From Candidatus Poribacteria bacterium (lineage in GTDB: Bacteria; Poribacteria; WGA-4E; PCPOR2b): DNA of 64,000 nucleotides. The notes beneath the pieces were generated by a model. The model worked only from the letters and a program-made list of their open reading frames with translations. It ran no database searches and had not been told where the DNA came from. Numbering within the stretch: the first letter of the stretch is position 1; every line of letters starts with the position of its first letter. The stretch spans positions 3,776,001 through 3,840,000 of the forward strand of contig OZ242351.1 in the NCBI GenBank assembly GCA_965208675.1, in the 5' to 3' direction. A program made the translations under genes and the position numbers. Positions 9,854 to 19,181 of this stretch are shown here, piece after piece.

Positions 9854-11947
9854 ATGGCGGACACAAAGATTCTAATGCTTGCCAATAGAGACGCTCTTGA
9901 CCTCGAAATTGAGAATCGATTAAAAAATCTTGGATACACCGTTTGCACGTCGGCTTCATCTGGAACACAAACCATTGAAGAGATATCGAAAATGCAGCCC
10001 GATTTAGTCATGGTCAAACTTGGACTCGAAGGTGCTATGGCTGCCGTCGAAGATGCCGAGCAAATGTACTACCAGTTCAATATCCCGGTAATATTTCTGA
10101 TTGACTCAATAGCCGAAAATGCATTGGAAAAAATAAAGCGGACAGGTGTATTTGGTCATGTCTTCCATCCGTTCGACGGTAATCAATTATACTTGAGCGT
10201 AGAACAGCAACTCCGCTGGCATCGCGATACCACCAAATATAAAATGAACGAGGCGCAATCAAATAAAACTATTGGTGAGTTGCGCCATCAAACCCAACTG
10301 ATGGAAACCGTTTTTGATAGTATGTATGACGGTATCGTCGTTCTCAGTTTAACAGGTGAAATATTGTTCATTAATCCAAGTATACGACAACTGTTCGGTA
10401 CGGTGCCCTTGGGCGAATTACGCAGCGAATGGTCTGAAAGGCACGGTGTGTTTTACCCCGATAAAGAAACCCGCCTTCCAATCGATCAGATTCTTTCCAC
10501 ACATCTCGCCCGAGGTGTAGCAATTAGAGATGAAGAGCTTTTCATACGCAACGAGCAACGGACGGAGGGAGTCCACATCAAGGCGAGTGCCAGCCCCTTA
10601 TTTGATGAGAATCACAATGTTGTCGCCTGTGTGTGCGTTATTCGCGACATCACTAAGGACAAATTAGCAACCATACAGTTGGAACAAACGATGCAGGAAC
10701 TGGAAAATCAGGTTCAACTGACGAATACCATTTTTAATAGTATGGGGGATGGCGTAATCGCTGCCGATACAAGCGGCGCATTCACAATTTTTAATCCCAG
10801 TGCAAAAAAGATTCTCGGCATCGGATTAATAGATACAACCCCTGATAAATGGAGCGAGAGCTACGGTTTCTTTTTCCCTGATAGAGTTACACCCTTCCCG
10901 GCAGACGAACTGCCGCTTGCGTGTGCCCTTAAGGGAAGAGCCTCAGACGAGGTAGAGATGTTTGTGCGCAATCCGGAAGTGCCGGACGGTGTTTTTATCA
11001 GCGTCAGTGGAAGGCCGCTGCAGGACGAAGACAGTACAAAAAAGGGAGGGGTTATAGTTTTCCGCGATGTAACGCACCGGGTGATTGCCGAAGAAGCGTT
11101 GACACAAGCATTCGCACAAGGGCGGTTGGAAATTGTCGAGACCATCCTCCACAATATCGGTAACGCAATCAATAGCGTAACCGTAGGAGTTAACGTCCTC
11201 CAAGAGAATTTGGTGGGAAATCAACTCGTACGCCGCTTCTCGTCACTTGCCGATATGGTTAAAGCGCATCAAGAGGATTGGGTTAATTATATTAAAGATG
11301 ACCCGAAAGGACAGCAGGTGCTCCCATTTATAATTGCACTGGCTGCAGATATCGCCGACCAGAACAATAAAGTGGTCGAGACACTTGAGCGCGTCAGTGA
11401 AAGAGTGACGCATATCGTTGATATCATCCGAACGCAAAGAGCGTCCAATCAGACAAGTATGACCTGGAAAAATATCGACTTGCGGCAAACAATCTTGAGT
11501 ACGGTAAAATTACATCAAGAAGCGATCGACAAAAGGGGCATACATATAGATGTCAACTGCGAAAGCGCGCCCCAAGAGATTCGAGTTCAGGAGAGTCAAT
11601 TTCATCAGATGTTAGTGAATCTAGTCAAAAATTCAATTGAAGCTATTGATGAACGTATTCAATCTGGCGGACTCAAGCAACCCCTGCGTATCGCGTTAAA
11701 GGCTTATATCAGCGACGATTTTCTCTGCCTGGATGTTACCGATAACGGCATCGGTATTACACAAAAGAACTTGAAGTTGATTTTCACCGCTGGCTACACA
11801 ACCAAGCAATCCGGCACCGGGCTAGGCCTCTTTTCGAGCGCAAATTTTGTGATTGGATCCGGCGGGCAAATTTACGCCTTGAGCGAGGGTATCGGCACGG
11901 GCACAACCATGCGAATCAAGCTCCGCTGCTCCTCCGTTATTCCGTAA
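9854..11947 (+). CDS. Sensor histidine kinase: degenerate receiver, 2 PAS domains, His-kinase/HATPase
   Basis: Receiver-like N-terminus lacking the acceptor Asp (DLVMVKL); PAS repeats; H-box ILHNIGN, NLVKNS, DNGIGI, GTGLGL. Confidence 0.88.
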   Translation: MADTKILMLANRDALDLEIENRLKNLGYTVCTSASSGTQTIEEISKMQPDLVMVKLGLEGAMAAVEDAEQMYYQFNIPVIFLIDSIAENALEKIKRTGVFGHVFHPFDGNQLYLSVEQQLRWHRDTTKYKMNEAQSNKTIGELRHQTQLMETVFDSMYDGIVVLSLTGEILFINPSIRQLFGTVPLGELRSEWSERHGVFYPDKETRLPIDQILSTHLARGVAIRDEELFIRNEQRTEGVHIKASASPLFDENHNVVACVCVIRDITKDKLATIQLEQTMQELENQVQLTNTIFNSMGDGVIAADTSGAFTIFNPSAKKILGIGLIDTTPDKWSESYGFFFPDRVTPFPADELPLACALKGRASDEVEMFVRNPEVPDGVFISVSGRPLQDEDSTKKGGVIVFRDVTHRVIAEEALTQAFAQGRLEIVETILHNIGNAINSVTVGVNVLQENLVGNQLVRRFSSLADMVKAHQEDWVNYIKDDPKGQQVLPFIIALAADIADQNNKVVETLERVSERVTHIVDIIRTQRASNQTSMTWKNIDLRQTILSTVKLHQEAIDKRGIHIDVNCESAPQEIRVQESQFHQMLVNLVKNSIEAIDERIQSGGLKQPLRIALKAYISDDFLCLDVTDNGIGITQKNLKLIFTAGYTTKQSGTGLGLFSSANFVIGSGGQIYALSEGIGTGTTMRIKLRCSSVIP

Positions 11948-12236
11948 TGAAACATCTCCCCCATTCGATAGGCGCGGTTTCCACTCGCACCGAATGCAAC
12001 CAATTATTTTCAGCAGTCAAAACCATGAAAGAATGGCTCACAGCAGGCCTCACCGACCGTACCTTACACAAATCTTAACCGTTTACGCATTACGCTTTAC
12101 TCGTTATTCTTTACCGTAGTTGCGATCAAGCGAGTGGATAGCGAGCGCGATAGAGATCCTCTTTCCTAACCTCGCCGATTCGAAGAATAAACGCAATTTT
12201 AAAATCAACCATAAATTAAACTACTAGGAAATATAA

Positions 12237-14126
12237 ATGGAATCAAAAGAGCATCGTAATTATCGTGTCTTAATCGTTGATGACGAAACCGCAATCCACA
12301 GAGACTTTAAAGATATGTTGACCCCAACCCGCACACAGACGTTAACAGATGAGTTGGTAGAAACCCTCCTAGACGAGGAGCCTGAGAATAATACCTCCTT
12401 TCTGCCCAACTTTGAACTTTTGCATGCGACAAGTGGAGAGGAGGGGTACGATATTATTCGCGCGGGAAAGGAATCAAACTGTCCGATTGCGGTCGCATAC
12501 ATTGATGTCAGAATGCCCCCGGGCATTGACGGGGTTGAAGCAATCCGCCGCATCAGGGAGATTGAAAAGGACATCGAACTGGTCATAATGACTGCTTACA
12601 CGGATAAACCGCTGCCTGAAATTGTCCGCGATATGGAGTTTCTTCACAAACTACTCTATATCCGAAAACCATTCGCACCGGAGGAGGTGCAGCAAATTAC
12701 GCTTGCCCTCGTCGAAAAGTGGAACATCGAACGTGAGTTAGCCAAAAAACAACAGCAAATCATAAGGAATCATCAGAGGCTTGAAACCATACTTGATTCT
12801 GCGGCTGATGCGATTGGAATGTTCGATGGCGACGGAAACCTGTTGTTCGCAAATCAACTCTATCAGCAACTGCTTGGATTTACAGGGGAACAGCTGAGAC
12901 AAATGCCCCCGGACGAGCTCAATACAGTTATTGAAGCGCGATTCCAAACGCCCGAACTATCGCAACTAGGACAGGCGCCGCCCGCTGAAAACCTTGAAAA
13001 CGTATTCGAAGAGATTGGAGAAGCCAGCCAGTCTGGGCAGAGGTTATTTTATCGCTCGATTACACCGGTACGGAACGATCAAGGCGATTCTGCTGGAGAC
13101 GTTGTCAGTTACCGCGATATGTCCAAAGACGTTGAGATTCAACAGATGAAATCTGAGGTGCTCCGTTTACGTGCTGAACTTGAAACCATTCTCTCCTTTG
13201 ATGAAATCATAGGCAAAAGCCGAAACATGCAGCAGATGTTCGAGTTGATGCAACGTGCAACTGAAAGTGATATTAGCGTGCTTATTTCAGGCGAAAGTGG
13301 AACTGGCAAAGAGTTGGCGGCGCGTGCAATCCACTTCAATAGCCCGCGAAAAGCGGGCCCATTTGTTTCAGTCAATTGCGCCGCCATTCCTGAATTGCTA
13401 ACTGAAAGCGAGCTATTTGGTCATGAACAAGGGGCTTTCACCGGTGCTACAACAAGGCGTATCGGCAAATTTGAACATGCAAATAGTGGTACAATCTTTT
13501 TTGATGAAATTGGAGATATGCATCTGGAGCTGCAAGCGAAATTGTTGCGTGTCCTCCAAGAACGGAAGATACAGCGTGTCGGCGGTGCAACCAATATCCC
13601 GGTTGATATCCGTGTGCTAACAGCCACAAACAAGAATCTAGAAGCTGCGATAAAATCGGGCGCTTTTCGGAAGGACCTGTTTTATCGGATCGCCGCTTTC
13701 CCCATTGTAATTCCCCCGCTTAGAGACCGGCGCGAAGATATTCCACTCTTGGCGAACCATTTTCTTAAAACATTCGCCGAAAAAATGGCAAAATCCGTAA
13801 AAGCGATTTCCGCCGATGCCTTGGGATTATTGATGCAATATGATTTTCCCGGCAACGTACGCGAGTTGCAAAACATCATTGAACGCGCTGTTCTGCTTGA
13901 GACCACTGAACTGCTGCAACCGAGCAACCTATCCCCACAGATTTCTGCTCCGGCTATCTTGTCATTCCTTAGCTCAACAGAAATCCTGCCGTTCGAGTTG
14001 ATTGAACGTCAGATTCTATCCCACGCACTCAAGATGAGTGACAATGATGTTAGGAGGGCTGCCGGAGCCTTGAATATCGGCAAATCAACACTGTATCGAA
14101 AATTAAAGTTCTATCAACTCAAATGA
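12237..14126 (+). CDS. sigma54-dependent enhancer-binding regulator (REC-PAS-AAA+-Fis HTH)
   Basis: IVDDE/YIDVRMP receiver, GESGTGKE, GAFTGA, FFDEIG, FPGNVRELQN, C-terminal HTH. Confidence 0.93.
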   Translation: MESKEHRNYRVLIVDDETAIHRDFKDMLTPTRTQTLTDELVETLLDEEPENNTSFLPNFELLHATSGEEGYDIIRAGKESNCPIAVAYIDVRMPPGIDGVEAIRRIREIEKDIELVIMTAYTDKPLPEIVRDMEFLHKLLYIRKPFAPEEVQQITLALVEKWNIERELAKKQQQIIRNHQRLETILDSAADAIGMFDGDGNLLFANQLYQQLLGFTGEQLRQMPPDELNTVIEARFQTPELSQLGQAPPAENLENVFEEIGEASQSGQRLFYRSITPVRNDQGDSAGDVVSYRDMSKDVEIQQMKSEVLRLRAELETILSFDEIIGKSRNMQQMFELMQRATESDISVLISGESGTGKELAARAIHFNSPRKAGPFVSVNCAAIPELLTESELFGHEQGAFTGATTRRIGKFEHANSGTIFFDEIGDMHLELQAKLLRVLQERKIQRVGGATNIPVDIRVLTATNKNLEAAIKSGAFRKDLFYRIAAFPIVIPPLRDRREDIPLLANHFLKTFAEKMAKSVKAISADALGLLMQYDFPGNVRELQNIIERAVLLETTELLQPSNLSPQISAPAILSFLSSTEILPFELIERQILSHALKMSDNDVRRAAGALNIGKSTLYRKLKFYQLK

Positions 14127-14339
14127 TAAGCGCTGTTTTCAACAACGCGCATTCCCAACCACCGGTAAGTGCGATTAAGCGATTGGATAGCGAGCGCGAT
14201 AAAGAGCCCCTTCCCAACCGCACCCGACACCATACGGTAATTTCCGGCAAAAATTTACATTTTTTTATCTTGAAAACGTTTTTCCTGCAAAAAAGTTATC
14301 CATTTACTGACCTAATCCTCCCCTAAAGCCTCCTCCTCC

Positions 14340-14453
14340 GTCCCAATATGGGACACAGTCCCATATTGAGAAAACGCCCGAATCCCGCGTCATTACAGGA
14401 TTTTCCGCCGATTTCCTCTGTTTCTGTCAATCCTATCTGTCCCATTATGGGAC
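14340..14453. promoter_or_regulatory. Three palindromic upstream activator sites GTCCCA-N3-TGGGAC
   Basis: GTCCCAATATGGGAC 14340-54, GTCCCATATTGAGAA 14358-72, GTCCCATTATGGGAC 14439-53; 120-235 bp upstream of a sigma54 promoter. Confidence 0.7.
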
Positions 14454-14573
14454 TTTTTCAACCTGCACCCTGTTACGCTACCGTCCGTCTGACTCCTTCC
14501 CATACCCATCAAAGCCAAGCTACCACTGGATTTCTATGCTTCTACAGAGTTGAATCCTTCCTTAGACCGACCG

Positions 14574-14590
14574 TTGGCACGGTTTTTGCC
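14574..14590 (+). promoter_or_regulatory. sigma54 (-24/-12) promoter
   Basis: TTGGCACGGTTTTTGCC with exact GG-N10-GC spacing, directly downstream of the activator gene. Confidence 0.85.
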
Positions 14591-15018
14591 GTAGTAAAGC
14601 GGAGGCAAATCGTCTTTCTCTGATCCGGTTGGTTCAACGGAATGACGAATCCAAACATTTTTCGGTTGGCGCGATCATGCGCGTGGATAACGAGTGCGAT
14701 AGAGATCCCATTCCAACCCCACCCGCGACCGGAAAAATAACGGTGCGGTTAGGAAACCGAACCTACCGCGGTGTTTAAATGATCGTTTGGTTTGCTATAG
14801 AACGAAACATGGGATAGCAGCGGCTTTGACAGTCCTGCTGCCTTGTATTTGCGGTGCCAGTTGTAATGAAAGCGTGCTCCCAAGTTGTAACCCATACACA
14901 TGATGATGGATTAGGCAATAGTGCAAATTCAAACTAATATCACGGCCGGGTGGGTATAACAGATAATAACTATCAAAACATAATCACTTAGATTAACTCG
15001 ATATGAGAAGGATTTGAA

Positions 15019-15129
15019 ATGAGTCCTTTAGCAATCGTAATCCTCGCCATGATTGTATTGCCCTTAGTAGCAATTTGCTTCATCGTGAAAAAGGCTTATA
15101 AATCGGATTCAAAGGGAAAAACCAGATGA
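15019..15129 (+). CDS. 36-aa single-TM small protein
   Basis: MSPLAIVILAMIVLPLVAICFIVKKAYKSDSKGKTR; SD AAGGA; ATGA overlap with next ORF. Confidence 0.55.
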   Translation: MSPLAIVILAMIVLPLVAICFIVKKAYKSDSKGKTR

Positions 15130-15302
15130 ACATCAAGGCAGACATTGAGAACATTAAGAAAATCATCGTTGGATTAATCATCAGCAATACACATAACTTC
15201 GGCACAGCGGAAGAAGATTTAGACGACCTTCAAACAGCGGCTGCTGAATTAATAGATGACCACAATACCTGTATGGTGACAGACAGTTTTTGGGTCGCTT
15301 AG
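15126..15302 (+). CDS. 58-aa hypothetical protein
   Basis: MNIKADIENIKKIIVGLII...; translationally coupled by ATGA overlap. Confidence 0.5.
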   Translation: MNIKADIENIKKIIVGLIISNTHNFGTAEEDLDDLQTAAAELIDDHNTCMVTDSFWVA

Positions 15303-15422
15303 AGTTTATCCGATTCGCTGAGCAACACAGCAGCCCTTACTGTTTGTCACCGCCAAATTGAATATGACGGGGCGCGGGGAAACTCCTATGGGACACCGAC
15401 CACCCCCGCTCTAGCCCCGTCA
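15274..15422 (+). repeat. Tandem hairpin pair H1 (15274-15352) + H2 (15365-15422)
   Basis: GGTGACAGACAGT...ACTGTTTGTCACC then TGACGGGGC-GCGGGG...CCCCGC-tcta-GCCCCGTCA; the same pair recurs at 17076-17230. Confidence 0.85.
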
Positions 15423-15450
15423 ACTCTTTTCGGCAAATGGAGGTGAAACA

Positions 15451-15540
15451 ATGTTCAATATTGGTTTTCTACTCCTTTATTTTTTCATTATCGGGTTACT
15501 TACTGGCGTTGTTACTTTCATGCTAGAGCATCTCCTCTAG
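15451..15540 (+). CDS. 29-aa hydrophobic peptide
   Basis: MFNIGFLLLYFFIIGLLTGVVTFMLEHLL; strong SD GGAGGTG. Confidence 0.6.
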   Translation: MFNIGFLLLYFFIIGLLTGVVTFMLEHLL

Positions 15541-15804
15541 ATTGATTTTAACGAACATCTAAACCAATACGCTCTTATGTCTGGCGCGAAAGGCGTTTTG
15601 TTACGAATATAGACCCAAAAAAAACTAAAAAATACCCAGTCTGAAAAAAGTCCCAACATATTGCCCGCAGTTCGGCATGAATACGCTTGAATTATTGAGT
15701 GGCGCACGCGGCGGGCGAAGGGGGACGTTGCACGTTTTGCGGACACGGACGCAATCATCGGGCGTGCCGCGGACGGTGAATCACAAACTGAAAGCAAGGC
15801 AAAT

Positions 15805-15877
15805 CCTTATGGCGGGAGTGGGGGGATCTAGCCAACTTGTTCCACAACTAACACTGTTCCTGCTCCCGTCGCCTTAT
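15805..15877 (+). repeat. Hairpin H3 flanked by CCTTAT on both sides
   Basis: CCTTAT-GGCGGGAGTGGGGG...TTCCTGCTCCCGTC-G-CCTTAT, multiple G.T pairs on the + strand. Confidence 0.8.
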
Positions 15878-15898
15878 TACGAACGAAGGAATTTGCCC

Positions 15899-16186
15899 AT
15901 GAGATGGATTTACATTGTCCCTTGTAACACCAACGATGACAAAATATGGTTTATCAATGCGGACAATATCAAATCGATTCGGTTAATTAAATTAGATTTA
16001 TACCTTGGAACTAGTCAAATACGATTACCTCTTGGAACGAAACCCGATGATGCCAGACACTTTTTATACACGCTCGTAAATTGCCTTTCTCATTGGCAGG
16101 ACGGGCATGTGCTTACGCTGGTTATGGAAAGCCTTAGTTGCGCGTTTGAACGAGCGGACAAAGCAATAGCCGGCGGCAAAGCTTGA
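15899..16186 (+). CDS. 95-aa hypothetical protein, probable paralog of 63060..63320
   Basis: ATG after AAGGA; WFINADNIKSIRL vs FYLNVDAIRSIRI. Confidence 0.6.
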   Translation: MRWIYIVPCNTNDDKIWFINADNIKSIRLIKLDLYLGTSQIRLPLGTKPDDARHFLYTLVNCLSHWQDGHVLTLVMESLSCAFERADKAIAGGKA

Positions 16187-16229
16187 TTCGGTGCTTAGAA
16201 AATTGTGAATGGCTAAGTAAGCTGAAAAC

Positions 16230-16343
16230 CCTTATGACGGGCGGCTGCGATGGTCTTAATTGGGGCTGACATACCCTTCCTTTCCCATCGCAGTAATTGC
16301 CCGTCACCTTATGGCGAGAGCCGGGCTAACCCCGGTAGTCGTC
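16230..16343 (+). repeat. Hairpin H4 (16235-16306) + short hairpin H5 (16313-16343) joined by CCTTAT
   Basis: TGACGGGCGGCTGCGATGG...CCATCGCAGTAATTGCCCGTCA-CCTTAT-GGCGA..CCGGG..CCCGG..TCGTC. Confidence 0.8.
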
Positions 16344-16480
16344 GAGTAACTGAATAGGCGTAAAGGACGCCTATTTGGGCAAGAAAAATCCTGAGTTTAG
16401 TGGTGAGTTGGGCGTCGCCGGGCGGCGTAGCTCGGGTACGTTTTCAATCATTTGATGGAGTAAAACGAAAGGAGCTAACG

Positions 16481-17066
16481 ATGAAAAAAAGGGGTTAAAG
16501 TGTTTGGAAGATAAATCTTAATGCTGTCACTAGTGATTGCCGTTTCGCTTGCTTTTCTGAGTTGCGATGCGGTTTAGGACTTGGCGGACTTGTTGTCATC
16601 GCCGCCGTCAGAACAGGCGCACGCAGCGATCGGTTCGACGAGCGTAAGCGACGTAACAGGTACGGCGGTTTTCGAACAAATCGGAGATACAATCGCGCTA
16701 ACCATTGAGATTCAGAACGCGGAACCACGGCTCCGTGCCGTTCATTTCCACGAATACGGTGATTGCAGCGCACCCGACGGGACATCGGCAGGCGGGCATT
16801 GGAATCCGACCAACACCGCGCACGGCAAATGGGGTGAGGGTGAATTCCATCTCGGAGACATTGGCAATATAATGGTCGGCGAGGACGGCACCGGCAAAAT
16901 CGAACTGGCGACAGACCTTTGGGAAATCGGAACCGGTTCCATCCGCGACGTTGTCGGAAAAGGCATAATCGTTCATGCCGGCGCGGACGACTTTACGTCC
17001 CAGCCCTCAGGGGCTGCCGGCGCGCGAATCGGCTGCGGGTCGATTGTGTTGGCTGAATCGCAGTAA
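16481..17066 (+). pseudogene. sodC: Cu/Zn superoxide dismutase lipoprotein with disrupted signal peptide
   Basis: HFHE.GDC, SAGGHWNP, HLGDIGN, IIVHAGADD, RIGCG. The 5' part has a frameshift in the A/G run, in-frame TAA 16512 and TAG 16575 just after lipobox LAFLSC. Confidence 0.8.
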
Positions 17067-17075
17067 TCCCTCGTA

Positions 17076-17230
17076 TGGTGACAAACAGTTTTTTTTTGCT
17101 CGTAGTGTGTACGATTTGATGAGCAATACAATCTCCTTGGTTCTGTTTGTCACCGCCTAAACTTAATATGACGGGGCGCGGGTAAATTGTCCCATGGAAA
17201 CGAAACTCCTAAGTCAATTCGTGTCCCGTC
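17076..17230 (+). repeat. Tandem hairpin pair H6 (17076-17155) + H7 (17170-17230)
   Basis: TGGTGACAAACAG...CTGTTTGTCACCG; GACGGGGCGCGGGT...ATTCGTGTCCCGTC (14 bp, 4 G.T). Confidence 0.85.
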
Positions 17231-17267
17231 TGCCCAAATTTTTAATTTCAAAACAAGGGATCTCAAA

Positions 17268-18470
17268 ATGAATATCGGAAGAATCATATTATTTTCGTTT
17301 GTATTGGCAATTGTCCTCTTAATAATGGGGCTATCTGCTTGTGACCAGATTGGGCAACTACTCCTCCCCGCGCCGCCTGATAAGGAAGATGTAAGTGTAG
17401 AGATTCCCATCGGCGTTGTGCTACCAATTACGGGACGGCTCACCTCTACATTTGGGGAACCCACGGTCAACGGCTATGAACTCGCTCTCGAAGAGATTAA
17501 CAACTCAAAACTCGGAGGGAAAAGCATCAAGTTTATCCTTGAGGATGACCGAAGCAACATTGAGGGCGCGGTTGAAGCATTCAATAAACTGATTCAACAG
17601 GAAGGCGTATCTGTTATCCTCGGCCCCGCCACCTCAGGTCAGGCAGAGGTCGTGTTCCCGATAGCGCAAGAAAATCAGGTCGTCGCGTTTAGCCCTACAT
17701 CCGCCGGACGCGGTCTCAGCGCCATTAGCGATTTTGCCTTTCGTGTCTCTCTCACCACGGATGTGCTGATTCCAAGCGGTATTGAGGCGACTTACGCTAA
17801 ACTCGGCTATAAGAAAGCCGCTACGATGTACGATGAAAGCGATGTCTTCTCCACGGATAGCGATGAAGCAGTGAGGGAATCGCTTGCCGCGAAGGGCGTC
17901 GAGGTATTGGTAACAGAGACGTTTCAAGGCGGCGACACCGATTTTAGCGAACAATTATCTCGGATAAGGGAGGCACACCCCGATATTATCTTTGTCTCCT
18001 CTTTATCGCCGGAAAAACCGGGAATTCTGATGCAAAGCCGCCAACTCGGTATACCCGACTCGGTGCCGTTTGTTATGCGCACCTTGACCATAGCTGACGT
18101 ACGTGCGGCGGGTGAGGCTGCCGAGGGGGCGATTACTTTCGTCGGGTGGGTAAGCACTGCCGACACACCGGCAAATGGCGCCTTCGTCCAGAACTATCGC
18201 GCCAAATACGGGGTGGATCCGAGTAATTCCGCAGCGCGGTCATATACCACGCTCCATGTTCTGGCGGAAGCCATTGCCAACGCCAAATCCACGGACTCAA
18301 TCTCGATTCGAAACGCATTGGCAAATATCGCGGACTTCGACACGGTCTTCGGTAAGTTCTCTTTTGACGCCGTCGGGGATGCCGTTTACGACCCAAAGAT
18401 ATTGATTGTCATTGACGGTCAATTGGAATTCTTTGAACAACCGTTTTTAGCAGCTCGGCAAAAGAGGTAG
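17268..18470 (+). CDS. ABC substrate-binding lipoprotein, LivJ/Peripla_BP_6 family
   Basis: Lipobox LSAC; IPIGVVLPITG, GDTDFSEQL, FGKFSFD. Confidence 0.88.
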   Translation: MNIGRIILFSFVLAIVLLIMGLSACDQIGQLLLPAPPDKEDVSVEIPIGVVLPITGRLTSTFGEPTVNGYELALEEINNSKLGGKSIKFILEDDRSNIEGAVEAFNKLIQQEGVSVILGPATSGQAEVVFPIAQENQVVAFSPTSAGRGLSAISDFAFRVSLTTDVLIPSGIEATYAKLGYKKAATMYDESDVFSTDSDEAVRESLAAKGVEVLVTETFQGGDTDFSEQLSRIREAHPDIIFVSSLSPEKPGILMQSRQLGIPDSVPFVMRTLTIADVRAAGEAAEGAITFVGWVSTADTPANGAFVQNYRAKYGVDPSNSAARSYTTLHVLAEAIANAKSTDSISIRNALANIADFDTVFGKFSFDAVGDAVYDPKILIVIDGQLEFFEQPFLAARQKR

Positions 18471-18527
18471 TGCGTCTATCGAACCCGGTCAGCGTGTTCC
18501 GGGTGTGGTTTTTCTATCAACCAATAA

Positions 18528-18601
18528 CTCATGACAGGGCGCGGGTAAAGCACTTTACATTGCCCCAACTCTCTTGTGTCAATCCGTTCCCTGTCGCTCA
18601 T
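18528..18601 (+). repeat. Hairpin H8 flanked by CTCAT on both sides
   Basis: CTCAT-GACAGGGCGCGGGT...ATCCGTTCCCTGTC-G-CTCAT. Confidence 0.8.
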
Positions 18602-18627
18602 TGTTTAAAGGAAGGAGGCATTAAAAG

Positions 18628-18819
18628 GTGTCCATGAACGGAGAAAAGGATATCACACAGTCCACCGTGATGATACGGCTGACAGAACGGCAGGAAATAA
18701 TCTTGAAAGAAGCCAAGAACGCGACCGGAGTTTCGTTTGGCTCGCTTATCCGAAAGTGTATAGACATGAATATCGAATACCTTCACCGTTTGACTATTGG
18801 GGCGAAGCAGAAGGATTGA
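18628..18819 (+). CDS. Ribbon-helix-helix-like small DNA-binding protein
   Basis: TVMIRLTERQEIILKEAKNATGVSFGSLIRKCID matches the CopG/RHH pattern; SD AGGAGG. Confidence 0.65.
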   Translation: MSMNGEKDITQSTVMIRLTERQEIILKEAKNATGVSFGSLIRKCIDMNIEYLHRLTIGAKQKD

Positions 18820-18841
18820 AGCTTGCACATAGCCTGATTTT

Positions 18842-18921
18842 CTTATGACAGGGCACGGAAAAAAGATCCAATCCTGCGGATTTGCGCCCTATCCGAGCGC
18901 TCCCGCCCCTGTCGCCTTAAT
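18842..18921 (+). repeat. Hairpin H9
   Basis: CTTAT-GACAGGG...CCCTGTC-G-CCTTAAT. Confidence 0.75.
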
Positions 18922-18977
18922 TGCGCGGTGCAATTACACCGACTGACGCCGTTGCAAGCGTGATGAAAGGAGGAACA

Positions 18978-19181
18978 ATGTGCGATTCTCCTGTAAATTT
19001 CGACGACCAGACGCAAAGATTGATCGAAGAAGATAAGTTGCTAGATACTATCGCGGACGCAGCCAAACGTCTCTGCGGACGCCGTCCAACCCACCAAGAG
19101 GTTGAGGATTTCCTAAAACTTATTGAAGGCGTAAAGCCCATAAACACAAAACAAAACAAAGGAGAGTTATCAAATGATTAG
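18978..19181 (+). CDS. 67-aa hypothetical protein
   Basis: ATG after AAGGAGG; overlaps the start of the next gene. Confidence 0.55.
   Translation: MCDSPVNFDDQTQRLIEEDKLLDTIADAAKRLCGRRPTHQEVEDFLKLIEGVKPINTKQNKGELSND

Noticed and set aside
15677-15898. N-terminal extension of ORF 15677..16186 (likewise 17187, 18921, 37112, 44954)
   Set aside because: Extensions run through hairpins or intergenic DNA; SD-supported starts lie downstream.
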